A DNA stretch of 64,000 nt from positions 34 through 64,033 of the forward strand of contig NVTU01000005.1 in assembly GCA_002401685.1 (NCBI GenBank), in the 5' to 3' direction. The DNA comes from Kordiimonadales bacterium. GTDB taxonomy: Bacteria; Pseudomonadota; Alphaproteobacteria; Sphingomonadales; Kordiimonadaceae. Shown piece by piece: positions 30,639 to 40,291 of the stretch. How positions within the stretch are numbered: the first letter of the stretch is position 1; each line of letters opens with the position of its first letter. The position numbers and the translations under genes were made by a program. The notes under the pieces are model-generated. The model was not told the DNA's origin. It ran no database searches and was given only the letters and a program-made list of their open reading frames with translations.

Positions 30639-30846
30639 ATGATTTCGCATCATCACAAAACCATATTTATTCACGTCCCTAGGTAACGCTTTTCGGAGCA
30701 TATCTGAGAAGGCTTCAGGCAAAACCTTAGGCTTGCCGATGCGAAAGGAGAGTATGGAAAAGAGTTGGCGCGTGGATGAGTTTTCGGACTCTGACATCAA
30801 GTTCACAAGGGCTGATTATGATGCCTTTGATTATGATGCTCTCTGA
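30639..30846 (+). pseudogene. Sulfotransferase (Sulfotransfer_2-like) relic
   Basis: MISHHHKTIFIHVPR* (30639-30686) matches the MISH..K.IFIH.PK start of this family. FSDSDIKFTRADYDAFDYDAL* ending at 30846 resembles the C-terminal D...FGY motif. The middle is missing. Confidence 0.6.
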
Positions 30847-30920
30847 AAGGATTAGGTCACCAGTTTGCCTTGTCGAACATTCACTGATTGTTGCCCGATA
30901 AAAGAAATACAGGTAACCCG

Positions 30921-31000
30921 CTGTTTATACTCAGTTAATTTTAATATAGTTCAAATGCCCACTCTGGGAGCTAGTGATGCAAATCCACTTGGCTTCACCA
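30921..31000 (+). pseudogene. Degenerate second copy of tRNA-Arg
   Basis: 30963-31000 matches tRNA 30511-30548 at 31/38 positions without gaps and ends in TCACCA. CTCAGTT of the D-arm is also retained upstream. 5' boundary approximate. Confidence 0.8.
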
Positions 31001-31132
31001 CCGCAACCTTAGCATGTTTATTTGCAGCCTGTATTTACAGTGTCTTCTGAATCTGTTACTGGTTTAGCTTGTATATCCCCAACTTTATCACGACTAGCTT
31101 GTAATTTTTCCGTCCAGAATAGGAGGTCAGAT

Positions 31133-31984
31133 ATGCCTGATAGTTCACGATCTAATAGTGATGCTCCAACGCCTCCAGTTGAGAAGGCTGAGCAAGTTAC
31201 GTCCATCGGCGCCATATCAGCTACAGTTGTTGCGGCGCAGGCGCTGAAAGATCTTGAGTTGAAAAAGCTCAATAATGATCTGATTAACAATAAAATTAAA
31301 ACTCTAACAGCGGCTGTGGGCATGGTTGTGGCCCTGGGCTCTGCAATTACAGGTGGCGTAACTTATTTCGATGGGCAAAGCGCCGACAGGGCGGCGTTCG
31401 TTAAGCAGCAACAGGAAGAACAAAGGCTTAAGTTAGACGAGGAAGAAATAAAGATAATTAACGGGTTTTACGCAGTTTATGGACTTGCGGACGTGGCAAA
31501 GATTGAGGCTCAGCAAATACCCGCGGCTATATTAATGCGCGGATTGGGCCGCCCTGGCGCAGCGATTATTCGTGAGTATGTCTATTATGCGAAAACCCGT
31601 AATGTCTCCCGAACTTTAGGCATGTCTTACGCCAACATAGCGACAAACTCAAATGACGCTAATGCTGAAGTTCTAGATTTTGCGAATAGTATTGCGGTTA
31701 ACTGGCATCAGGTAAGCCAGCGCCCAAGCGCAGATGGTATATTGGGAGCTTTGAGGCAAATCGAGGCTTTTAAATACGTTTTATCAGCGATTAAAGGTCC
31801 TATAAAACCCACCAATCTCAACGATGTTACTGTAAAACAAAAGATAGGTACCATTCTAAAGAAAATTGAAGTCGACCTTAGTACGGAAAAGCTAAAGCGT
31901 GAATGCGAAGGCATTGACACTATTTGTAAAGATTTAGAAGCTTTTGCAAAAGAACTGCAGAGCCAGGTAAGGGTGATCCTATGA
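31133..31984 (+). CDS. Hypothetical single-pass membrane protein (island gene 1)
   Basis: AGGAGG RBS at 31121-31126; one TM (TLTAAVGMVVALGSAITGGVTYF) followed by a coiled-coil-like stretch and a helical domain with a C-terminal Cys pair. Confidence 0.8.
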   Translation: MPDSSRSNSDAPTPPVEKAEQVTSIGAISATVVAAQALKDLELKKLNNDLINNKIKTLTAAVGMVVALGSAITGGVTYFDGQSADRAAFVKQQQEEQRLKLDEEEIKIINGFYAVYGLADVAKIEAQQIPAAILMRGLGRPGAAIIREYVYYAKTRNVSRTLGMSYANIATNSNDANAEVLDFANSIAVNWHQVSQRPSADGILGALRQIEAFKYVLSAIKGPIKPTNLNDVTVKQKIGTILKKIEVDLSTEKLKRECEGIDTICKDLEAFAKELQSQVRVIL

Positions 31985-33201
31985 AAAACACTCTTTTTTA
32001 TCCCATGAAACATGGGCGTTTTTCGTTTTTCTGCAAATGGCTAATTTTGCCTCTTTTATTAACGGATACGGTGTCTCTCGCTCAAGAAGAAGGCCATTCC
32101 ATCGCAATTATATATACTGGTATCGAGTGCGATGATCCTAGACTTGATGTAAATCAGTGCCGGGATGCTAACCGAACTCTTAAACACAATTATGCTTCTG
32201 AGCTAAAAAAGAAACTCATTGAAAATCGAAATTTGATGAATCACCAAGTTTTTATTCAGAAGGCACCTTCTAAGGTAGGGTCAGGAGCTGACAGACGGAA
32301 TTTTTTTAACAAGCTTATTAGCAACAAAGCTCAGGCCGTCGTTTTCTTGGAGTTATCTGTGAACACAGCCGTCAGTTCCTCTGCTGTATTAGGCGGATCA
32401 GGGTCAACAAGAAAAAAAATCAAGATTTCAGCAGAGATATTTAATGTCTCCGAGCTTATTGACGATGTTGTTCAGGACCCAGATGGGCTAAATATGCCGG
32501 TGGTTAGTGCAATGCCGCAAGACGGCGGCTATGGCGATTCGTTTGGTGCTCTGCCTAGTTTTCCTATCGGTTACGACCAAATAGCCCGGGAAAAATTTAT
32601 AGACCTAGTGACCCTTGGCGTAAAACATTCGAAGCCAAATCTATTTAGAGAACTGATGACGGCGGTTACCTGTATCAACCTAGACAGAGAGCAACAGGTG
32701 GGGGGACTGGGCGATGTATCAACCGAATCTGCTTGGTATTGGAGACGGGTTGTAACCGCAATCAGAACTAGCCTTCCCAAAAAATGGAATAGAGATTCTT
32801 CGTTTAAAGCATTTGCACAGTTACACGCAGTCGACGAAGCAAAGTTCTTGTATCTTAAACGTGATGAACGGGCCTCATGCCAAGATGATGAACTGGAAGA
32901 GCCAAATATTGAGTGGGAAACGCGTAAAGCATGGTTCCATTACCAATTGGAAGTTGTTGTTTTAGTAACTCCTCAAAAAACAGCCAAGATCCTTGTTTCA
33001 ATTAAGCACCCAAACTTAGGGGAAAATCTCGTAACGACTTTTTCGAGGAGTTTTTATAAACTGACGCTAAAAAAAGATGAAGAAGACGATATCGGGCCAA
33101 ATATTGCGTATCTTACACGCTGCCTAGCAAAACAGTTTGAAACTGAAAAGTTCTCTTGTGACCTTGCTTGGCTTTCAGCGGAAGCAGGAGAGTCCCGATG
33201 A
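31981..33201 (+). CDS. Hypothetical secreted protein (island gene 2)
   Basis: ATGA overlap with gene 1; signal peptide ending SLA|QEE; 6 Cys in the mature part. Confidence 0.8.
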   Translation: MKNTLFYPMKHGRFSFFCKWLILPLLLTDTVSLAQEEGHSIAIIYTGIECDDPRLDVNQCRDANRTLKHNYASELKKKLIENRNLMNHQVFIQKAPSKVGSGADRRNFFNKLISNKAQAVVFLELSVNTAVSSSAVLGGSGSTRKKIKISAEIFNVSELIDDVVQDPDGLNMPVVSAMPQDGGYGDSFGALPSFPIGYDQIAREKFIDLVTLGVKHSKPNLFRELMTAVTCINLDREQQVGGLGDVSTESAWYWRRVVTAIRTSLPKKWNRDSSFKAFAQLHAVDEAKFLYLKRDERASCQDDELEEPNIEWETRKAWFHYQLEVVVLVTPQKTAKILVSIKHPNLGENLVTTFSRSFYKLTLKKDEEDDIGPNIAYLTRCLAKQFETEKFSCDLAWLSAEAGESR

Positions 33202-35327
33202 TTTTATTTGCTAAAGACCGTAATTGGCGCTCGTGTTGCGCCGCTGTTCTTTTATCACCAATGGTTCTTTTGTCTGGGAATGCTTTGGCTGTTGAGAAAG
33301 CTCAGACAGAAATAGCGCTTGATTGCGTTCAAATCAGTTTTGCAAAAGGGTTTGTTGATAATCTTGGCTTTATTGCAGATATTCCTCTTCCGCCGTTTAT
33401 TTTTCTGAAAAAATCAAAAGCAAACCAAGCGCTCGGTTCGAACAAAGCGAAAAAAGCGGCCGTAGCGCTGGTGGCGAATATTTTTGAGTATGAATTTGAA
33501 GAAGATATTGGTTTCCAGAACATATGCGGGCTGCGCAGTGCCAAGCGGCTAACAGCACAATTGGTGGTCGCGGGCGAACTACATCACTTTGTCTCAAAAA
33601 AAAATAAAAAACACACGCAATCACATGCGACGACGGAGAAATTGGATCGCTACGGAGATAATCGGAAACAGCGTAGAACAGCTGCACGGCAACATGATGA
33701 AGCAGAACCTGATGAGCAGTTAGTAAATGTTATTCTGTATTTTACCCTAGGCGATTCAAAAGAGCGTTACACACTGGCTCAACAAGAGGGGAAATTAGAG
33801 GAAGCTGTAGCAGTAATTGAGAAAACAGCTCGGGATGCTGCAGAATTGTTGACGCATGCATTCGAACCTTTTCACAGAGAGACACTGCCGGTTACGCTGA
33901 GGCGTATAGGGCATGAAGCCGATGGGTTACTTGATCAGATACAAAAAATTCTAAGTGCTGGACTAGATGGGCAGCTTAGTGACCACGAAGCCGCCGCAAG
34001 ATCCCGTGTATATTTTCAAATACTAGCAGAACAAAACAAAACCGAAGCCCAAGAGAGGCTCACAACTCATTATGCGGCAGTATTACAAGTTTTATATGGG
34101 GATTTGCCAAGGGCTGTCGAGCTATTCACTTTGGTTGAAGAGGGCAATTCAGCAGCATCTAGTTTTTACACTTTGGTTGGTGATCGTTATCTCAACCAGA
34201 AAAAATGGGTAGCAGCGGATACTAACTTTAAGCGGGCCCTAAAATTCTCACCAGAAAACTCCCTACTTCTTTTGAAGGTTTTGGATGCAAGGTATGAAAA
34301 TATCCTGAGCACTAATGAAAGCAAACTTGAGGCTTTTGAGGCTGTTGAAGACGCCTATGATGCCTACGTCCGGGATGCTCCGTGCGACGCCGCGCGTCAC
34401 CTACAGATCTTGCGGCGTGCAGAATCAGCGATAGGCCCAGAGACGGCCGCCATCAAAGCCGCAATTCTCTATGCCGCTTGTCTTGAACCCAAACAGTTCG
34501 CAACACTTTCCGTAGCTGCGGCACTTGACGTTGGCCAGTTTGTCGTCGCACAAAATAACTATGATCTTGCTTTTGAGATATTCAAAAACATAGGACAGGA
34601 AGCTGCCCTTTTGACGGACAGTAGTTATAAAGAACGCATACTGGCATATACAGAGTATCAAACCGGACTATTATATGTGGAAACACGCTGGCCTTCACGA
34701 AGCACCAAAAAGGCGGCAAATTCGTTTCTCAGGGCATTGCAACGGTATGTGGTTTTACCTACTGACACGGGGCGGTGTCCAAACCCACGCCCATCAGTGT
34801 TCGAGCCCCAAACGGCTGTTTACAGTTTAATGAACCTTATAGAAGCCGAAGCTATTACAGGGTTGGTAGAGCAAGCCAAGGAACATTTAGGCATGCTAAA
34901 TGCTCTTTTGTCTCCTGAACGAGGGCAGGAAAACTGCGCCCACGCAGCGGATGAAATACAGCAGACAGGCGTGGCAGACGGACTGGCGTTTTTAGGGTTG
35001 CTGATTGACGCTCTCGACGCCAAAACTGAAGGCACTACTGATTTATCGACTTATCTGCAGGGGTATTTTGACCGGACAATCGATCGAAGCCCAATCTGGA
35101 ACTTTGAATTAGCAAAGCTGGAACTGAAAAGTTGGGTAGAGAAGTCTTGCAACACAAAAACTGAAGAGTGCACCCGTGTAACGAGGGCCTTACAGCTTAC
35201 CAATTGCATGGAAAGCCTTGATGCCATTGCCTTGGGTCTAAATTTAAACAAGCGAGACGAACCCGGTTTAAGTAATCACTTTGAAGCGCGGCTTCCGTTA
35301 ACTTGTAAGCCTTTGTTACGTCTCTAG
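33198..35327 (+). CDS. Hypothetical secreted TPR-like repeat protein (island gene 3)
   Basis: AGGAG RBS and ATGA overlap with gene 2; signal ending ALA|VEK; TPR-like VGDRYLNQKKWVAADTNFKRALKFSPEN; 10 Cys in the mature part. Confidence 0.8.
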   Translation: MILFAKDRNWRSCCAAVLLSPMVLLSGNALAVEKAQTEIALDCVQISFAKGFVDNLGFIADIPLPPFIFLKKSKANQALGSNKAKKAAVALVANIFEYEFEEDIGFQNICGLRSAKRLTAQLVVAGELHHFVSKKNKKHTQSHATTEKLDRYGDNRKQRRTAARQHDEAEPDEQLVNVILYFTLGDSKERYTLAQQEGKLEEAVAVIEKTARDAAELLTHAFEPFHRETLPVTLRRIGHEADGLLDQIQKILSAGLDGQLSDHEAAARSRVYFQILAEQNKTEAQERLTTHYAAVLQVLYGDLPRAVELFTLVEEGNSAASSFYTLVGDRYLNQKKWVAADTNFKRALKFSPENSLLLLKVLDARYENILSTNESKLEAFEAVEDAYDAYVRDAPCDAARHLQILRRAESAIGPETAAIKAAILYAACLEPKQFATLSVAAALDVGQFVVAQNNYDLAFEIFKNIGQEAALLTDSSYKERILAYTEYQTGLLYVETRWPSRSTKKAANSFLRALQRYVVLPTDTGRCPNPRPSVFEPQTAVYSLMNLIEAEAITGLVEQAKEHLGMLNALLSPERGQENCAHAADEIQQTGVADGLAFLGLLIDALDAKTEGTTDLSTYLQGYFDRTIDRSPIWNFELAKLELKSWVEKSCNTKTEECTRVTRALQLTNCMESLDAIALGLNLNKRDEPGLSNHFEARLPLTCKPLLRL

Positions 35328-35725
35328 AAAATTCAGGGTTGTCGTTAAGCCCACATTTTCGGCCAGCCAGACAATTTGAGTTTATCGTTTTGGCAGAATT
35401 TCAAACTTGCTTAGAAAGTGTGGCTAGCTTCTTTAATATGTTCTTCTATGGGCCGGTGCCTCCCGCAGTAGTTTCTGTCGAATGCTGCCTGACATACCGC
35501 TTGGCTGAACCGTTCATGATTAATATTGCGAACTGGTTACTTCAGCGTTCCCTGAAAACCATGAAACTATTGAAACATGGAGCGGTTTCAGAGAAAAACA
35601 TAGCATATAGAAGATTGTTCTTATAAATAGGCTCCGGTCTCAGCGCCATAATAATTCTCCTATCATTATTTGGAGAAAAGTCGGTGAGATAATTTCCTAC
35701 AGTCGTTTAATTAGCTAGAGGACAG

Positions 35726-36070
35726 ATGATGAGTGAATTGCCGCCCTGCGTTAAATGCCAATCTCCCTACACTTATGAAGACGGCAGCTTATTTGTCTGC
35801 CCTGAATGCGCGCACGAGTGGGCCCCAGGGGCGCCAGCTGCGGATGAAGCGGATGAAGCGCAGATTAAAGATGCTAACGGAAACCTGCTTCAGGACGGAG
35901 ATACTGTTACCGTGATCAAAGACCTTAAAGTAAAAGGCTCATCACTCGTGGTAAAAGTAGGCACTAAAGTGAAAAATATTCGCCTTGTAGGCGGGGATCA
36001 CGACATCGACTGTAAAATAGACGGTATTGGCGCGATGAAGCTTAAATCGGGTTTTGTGAAGAAAATTTAA
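35726..36070 (+). CDS. yjdM: Zinc-ribbon protein of the YjdM/PhnA family
   Basis: [15 protein letters not shown]...[30 protein letters not shown]. Confidence 0.94.
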   Translation: MMSELPPCVKCQSPYTYEDGSLFVCPECAHEWAPGAPAADEADEAQIKDANGNLLQDGDTVTVIKDLKVKGSSLVVKVGTKVKNIRLVGGDHDIDCKIDGIGAMKLKSGFVKKI

Positions 36071-36280
36071 GGCCTGTGTATGGGGCCGCCCACGGACACA
36101 TTTAGCAGCTGTTTTCACGGTGCGTTGCAGGTTGTATTTATTCATTCTTTGAGAACTGCAGCAGAAAAGCCACAGATTTTGGCACGGATTTGTCATCTGA
36201 GGCCAAGTGTGGTGGTCAACCAAATTACCGATTCGTCGGCAAATATTCCAAACATTAACGCGCCGAATTCTGATCAAGAC

Positions 36281-36310
36281 AAAAAAAAGGCCAGCAAAAA
36301 GCTAGCCTTT
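36281..36310 (-). terminator. Intrinsic terminator after the cold-shock gene
   Basis: Minus strand AAAGGCTAGC-ttttt-GCTGGCC followed by T8. Confidence 0.85.
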
Positions 36311-36332
36311 CCGTTCTGGTGTCTAGACCAGC

Positions 36333-36542
36333 TTAGTCAAGCAACTTCAAGCTACCTGCAGAAGTGCGACCGCGGCGATCTTCTTCCATCTCGTAAGAGA
36401 TTTTCTGGTTGTCGTTCAAGCCGTTAAGGCCTGCAGCTTCAACAGCAGAAATGTGTACAAATACATCGTTTCCGCCTTCGTCCGGCTGAATAAAACCAAA
36501 ACCTTTAGTGGCGTTAAACCATTTAACAGTACCGTTAGCCAT
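36333..36542 (-). CDS. cspA: Cold-shock protein
   Basis: GTVKWFNATKGFGFI and DVFVHISA (RNP1/RNP2). Confidence 0.96.
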   Translation of the reverse strand: MANGTVKWFNATKGFGFIQPDEGGNDVFVHISAVEAAGLNGLNDNQKISYEMEEDRRGRTSAGSLKLLD

Positions 36543-37104
36543 TATATATCATCCTCTTACGCGTATTAATATGTAGCCAGAAAAGTAGCGTAAGAAAATA
36601 TCTAGTCAGGCATCATGTGTGCGGTGATAAGCACACCGACCCTCACGCTGTACACTCAGATTGCATTCCTGTAAAGAACGATTTGCGGCCTTTCCGCTAT
36701 CCTGTTATCGCGATTTAACCACATACTATATTTGCCTTTTTTGAGTATATACGATTCCCCTTTCTTGGCGATATGGTTGCGAACTAAGAATCACACCTAT
36801 GATCAGCAATCTGCTTTCTCGCACGCGAGAATAGCGGGAGTCTATGTTGCGGGTGATTGAAGTCGCAATCCAAATCTCACAATTGCTGGAAACTTGTTAC
36901 GGGTTAGAAATGAAGCTGAGAAATCTGTACAAGACGGGTTTTTGCCTTAGGGCGAGCCAGCGGTTGGAGGCTGCACGTCTGCACCAAGTCGGGAAACTTC
37001 CTTCGATTTTTCGTCACAGATCACCACCTAAGACTGCGGCTTTTACTGTTTCTAAAGCCTTTTCATCTACCAATCTTGGTTGGTATTTCGCGAAGGATTT
37101 GTTT

Positions 37105-37650
37105 TTGACGCCAACGACCACCATAAATGCTGCAGATTTCCACCCTGTTGGTCCCCATAAAATACTGTGGGCCTATTGGCGTGAACTACAGCAAAACACA
37201 CTCGGCGATATTCCTTTGAGGTCTGAATTTAACCCAGCAAAAGTAAAAGCAATATTGTCGCAGATAGGCATTAGTGAATATGTCGATCGTGATACTCAAA
37301 TCATCAGATTATTGGGCGGTAACCACCAGGGAATTTGGCCTGATCTGTTGGTTGGCACTAACCTGTTTGATTATTTGGATAAAAAGGCTGCCACGGAGCG
37401 CCGGGAAATTTACCAGGAATTGATGCACCGCCCATGTGCCTGCTTTTTAGAGACTGAACTGCGAGACATAAGAGGTGCCGTAACAGACCTTACCGGAATG
37501 ATGTTGCCGTGTTTAAATAAAGAGGGCTCGCCGACGATCATTATTGGCACCTATATGTTTCATGCTGACCCGATAGAAGTTGGGCAGTTATCTGATACAG
37601 GCTTGGTTGGCCGTAAAAACAATAGGCGCACTTATATCAACTTCACTTAA
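37105..37650 (+). CDS. PAS-like domain protein (DUF1457/PAS_5 type); start uncertain
   Basis: LWAYW......IPLRSEFNPAKV..IL, IRLLG, MLP pattern; TTG at 37105 after AAGGA. Confidence 0.7.
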   Translation: MTPTTTINAADFHPVGPHKILWAYWRELQQNTLGDIPLRSEFNPAKVKAILSQIGISEYVDRDTQIIRLLGGNHQGIWPDLLVGTNLFDYLDKKAATERREIYQELMHRPCACFLETELRDIRGAVTDLTGMMLPCLNKEGSPTIIIGTYMFHADPIEVGQLSDTGLVGRKNNRRTYINFT

Positions 37651-37689
37651 CACAAACAAAGGTGCCGCTGGCCAGCCCACGCCTTAAAC

Positions 37690-38553
37690 TCACTCAAACG
37701 GAGGTTCAGCGTCCCAGTCCAACCCTTCGGGTGGCCCCTTCGCAAGCATATCTTTAAAATCTGGATCACGTTTTTCCAGGAAGGATTGAACGCCTTCCTT
37801 GCCGTCACGGGTGCTGGTGTGAAGCATCGTACGACTATCGATTTTATGAGCCTCCATTGGGTGTGCAGCTCCCATCATCCGCCACAATAGTTGCCGGTTA
37901 ATTGCGACAGACATCATGCTGGTGCTGTCGGTGAAGCCCCGGGCAATTTCTTTAGCGCGGTCCAGTAAGGCATCAGCTTCGACAATTTCTGATATTAGCC
38001 CGCCTGCCAGGGCTTCTTCAGCGCCAAAAACATGGCCCCTGAAGGACCATTCGAGCGCTTTCGGCAAGCCAACAAGCCGCGGCAGGAACCAGCTGGCACA
38101 GCTTTCCAACGATATGCCGCGTTGGGAGAACACAAAGCCAAATTTGGCGAACGGAGATGCGATGCGCACATCCATAGGCAGCTGCATGGTGGTGCCAACG
38201 CCAACTGAGGCGCCGTTCACTGCGGCGATTAGCGGCTTTTTCATGCGGAACATGCGCAGCACGACCTTGCCGCCAGTATCGCGGTTTTTCTCCATCTCGG
38301 GCGAGTTTGCATCAATGTTTTCATCTAGCCCGAAGACGTTGCCGCTCGGCGCTAGGTCCATACCTGCGCAAAAGGCCCGTCCATTTCCAGTGAATATTAC
38401 GGCGCGGACGCTGTCATCTTCATCAGCAGCATCAAGGGCTAATAACAGCTCATTCGCCATGGTCAACGTGAAGGCATTCATTTTTTCCGGGCGATTGAGC
38501 CGAATGATCTGGAGGTTTTCTTCTTGGCTAATCTCGAGTGTTTCATACGGCAC
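37690..38553 (-). CDS. Crotonase / enoyl-CoA hydratase family protein
   Basis: LNRPEKMNAF, AFCAGMDL, KPLIAAVNGASVGVG, EGVQSFLEKR; GTG start after GGGGA. Confidence 0.93.
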   Translation of the reverse strand: MPYETLEISQEENLQIIRLNRPEKMNAFTLTMANELLLALDAADEDDSVRAVIFTGNGRAFCAGMDLAPSGNVFGLDENIDANSPEMEKNRDTGGKVVLRMFRMKKPLIAAVNGASVGVGTTMQLPMDVRIASPFAKFGFVFSQRGISLESCASWFLPRLVGLPKALEWSFRGHVFGAEEALAGGLISEIVEADALLDRAKEIARGFTDSTSMMSVAINRQLLWRMMGAAHPMEAHKIDSRTMLHTSTRDGKEGVQSFLEKRDPDFKDMLAKGPPEGLDWDAEPPFE

Positions 38554-38677
38554 GGCATGTTCCCCTGATGGCTTCCTCATATGTAAGGATGACATAGAGC
38601 GCTATTGCACGAGGAACAGTTGAGCCGTGAAATTAGGGAGGCTTTTGTAAAAGTAGCCGCAGCTCGTTAGCGCTCTT

Positions 38678-40135
38678 TTACAAATACGGGCTGGCGAGCC
38701 ACATGATGCGGCCCATAATGCGGCTGGCTAATGGCCGCTCGTCGAGCGCCTCAAGCGTCATCTTTCTGGCTGCACTATAGCGTGCAGTGACGAGGCCGCC
38801 CATTTCAGCACCAAAATCGTGGCTGTAAGTTTCGATGTTAAACTCGAAATTCAGTTTGAATGAGCGCGCATCCCAATTCGAAGAACCAAATAAAACCCAG
38901 CAATCATCTACAATCATCAGTTTGCTATGATCAAAAGGCGGCTTAGAGAGATAAAGGTTACAACCAGCCTGTACGAGTTGGCGTACCCCTGCCATAGCCG
39001 TGGTGGAGAAAAACGGTAAATTGTTTTTCTCTGGCACCAAAATATCAACTTGAACACCGCGAAGGGCAGCTTGTTTCAGAGCCGAAACAAGTCCTTGCTC
39101 GGGCAAAAAGTACGGCGTGATGATCTGCACACGTTCCCGCGCAGCACCGAGCGCGCTTTCAATCACCATGGCAGCTTTCTGCCGCGGCTCATCCGGGCCG
39201 TCCGCAATGGAGCGCGCCGTTATACCGGCTTTTACGGGCGCTACCGGCGGCATCCACACTTCTTCTGGCAATTCCTCACCGTCTGAGAAAGCCCAATCGT
39301 CGGCAAAAGCATCCATCATCTGGCTTACAATCGGGCCATCCAGCTGGAACTGCATGTCTTGCACACGTGGTTTACCATCCGCGCCTTCAAGGTGGTGCTT
39401 GCGGATATTCATGCCGCCCGCAAAGCCACGGTGGCCATCAATAATCAGTAGTTTTCGGTGTGTGCGCAAATTGAAGAAGGCCAGCCGCCACGAAAACCGT
39501 GCCGGATTAAAAACGGCAACCGGAATGCCACGTCGGCGCAATAAACTCGAAACAGGGCGTAGGCCATATAGATTTCCGACCGCGTCAACAAGGACACGTA
39601 CCTGTACGCCACGCTCATGCGCCCGTGTTAGGGCCTGAATGAACCGCCTGCCAGCCTGGTCAATTTGGAAAATATAGGTCGTCAGCGCAACGGTGTGCTC
39701 AGCGGCGTCTATAGCTGCAATCATTGCATCGTAGGCACCGCGCCCGCCTTTCAACGGCTTGATGTTATTGCCAAGGGCCAGCGGTGTTGCGCACACTCGG
39801 CCTGCGAGCCGATCGTGGGCTCGCCAGCGGTTCTTCGCGAGCGGCATGGCATCGGTTAGTTTGGGGCCTGGCGGTGATACCAGCGTTCCTGATCTTGGTG
39901 GCAACCCGCGTTTTTGCCGGGACAGGCGGGCGCGTCTGCGAATACGGTTGACGCCGAACAGCATATAAAACAGTAGGCCAAATACAGGCACTAACCACAC
40001 CACACCAAGCCACGATACGGCTGAACGGACTTCCTCTTTGTTGCGCATAACATGAATGGTCACCAGCACCTGCGCAATGAGCAGCAATGCAGCGAGTAAT
40101 AGACCGTCCGGCCATGTTAAAAAATCGAAACTCAT
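38678..40135 (-). CDS. cls: Cardiolipin synthase (phospholipase D family)
   Basis: Two HKD motifs (HRKLLIID, HSKLMIVD) and N-terminal PLDc_N helices. Confidence 0.92.
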   Translation of the reverse strand: MSFDFLTWPDGLLLAALLLIAQVLVTIHVMRNKEEVRSAVSWLGVVWLVPVFGLLFYMLFGVNRIRRRARLSRQKRGLPPRSGTLVSPPGPKLTDAMPLAKNRWRAHDRLAGRVCATPLALGNNIKPLKGGRGAYDAMIAAIDAAEHTVALTTYIFQIDQAGRRFIQALTRAHERGVQVRVLVDAVGNLYGLRPVSSLLRRRGIPVAVFNPARFSWRLAFFNLRTHRKLLIIDGHRGFAGGMNIRKHHLEGADGKPRVQDMQFQLDGPIVSQMMDAFADDWAFSDGEELPEEVWMPPVAPVKAGITARSIADGPDEPRQKAAMVIESALGAARERVQIITPYFLPEQGLVSALKQAALRGVQVDILVPEKNNLPFFSTTAMAGVRQLVQAGCNLYLSKPPFDHSKLMIVDDCWVLFGSSNWDARSFKLNFEFNIETYSHDFGAEMGGLVTARYSAARKMTLEALDERPLASRIMGRIMWLASPYL

Positions 40136-40291
40136 AGGTTCCCACGCGTGTAGTTGTCGCCCTAATATAGGGGTAGGCCACGGTAAATTGAAGTCTTCGC
40201 TGAAGTTTTTTTGTCCCTATCGGGATATAATGTGATGTGAGGTCCTGTTTCTTTTCTTGTTTGCTTGCAAGGCTTTCGCTAGTTTGCCTAC

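Noticed and set aside
31022-31132. Upstream TTG start for island gene 1
   Set aside because: AGGAGG directly precedes the ATG at 31133.
35328-35725. Right-hand att site or further tRNA copy; 95-aa ORF 35339-35626
   Set aside because: No convincing match to the tRNA 3' end by eye. The ORF lacks an RBS and recognisable features.
36844-37104. Long N-terminal extension of the PAS-like ORF
   Set aside because: Reads as non-coding; a better RBS and TTG lie at 37105.
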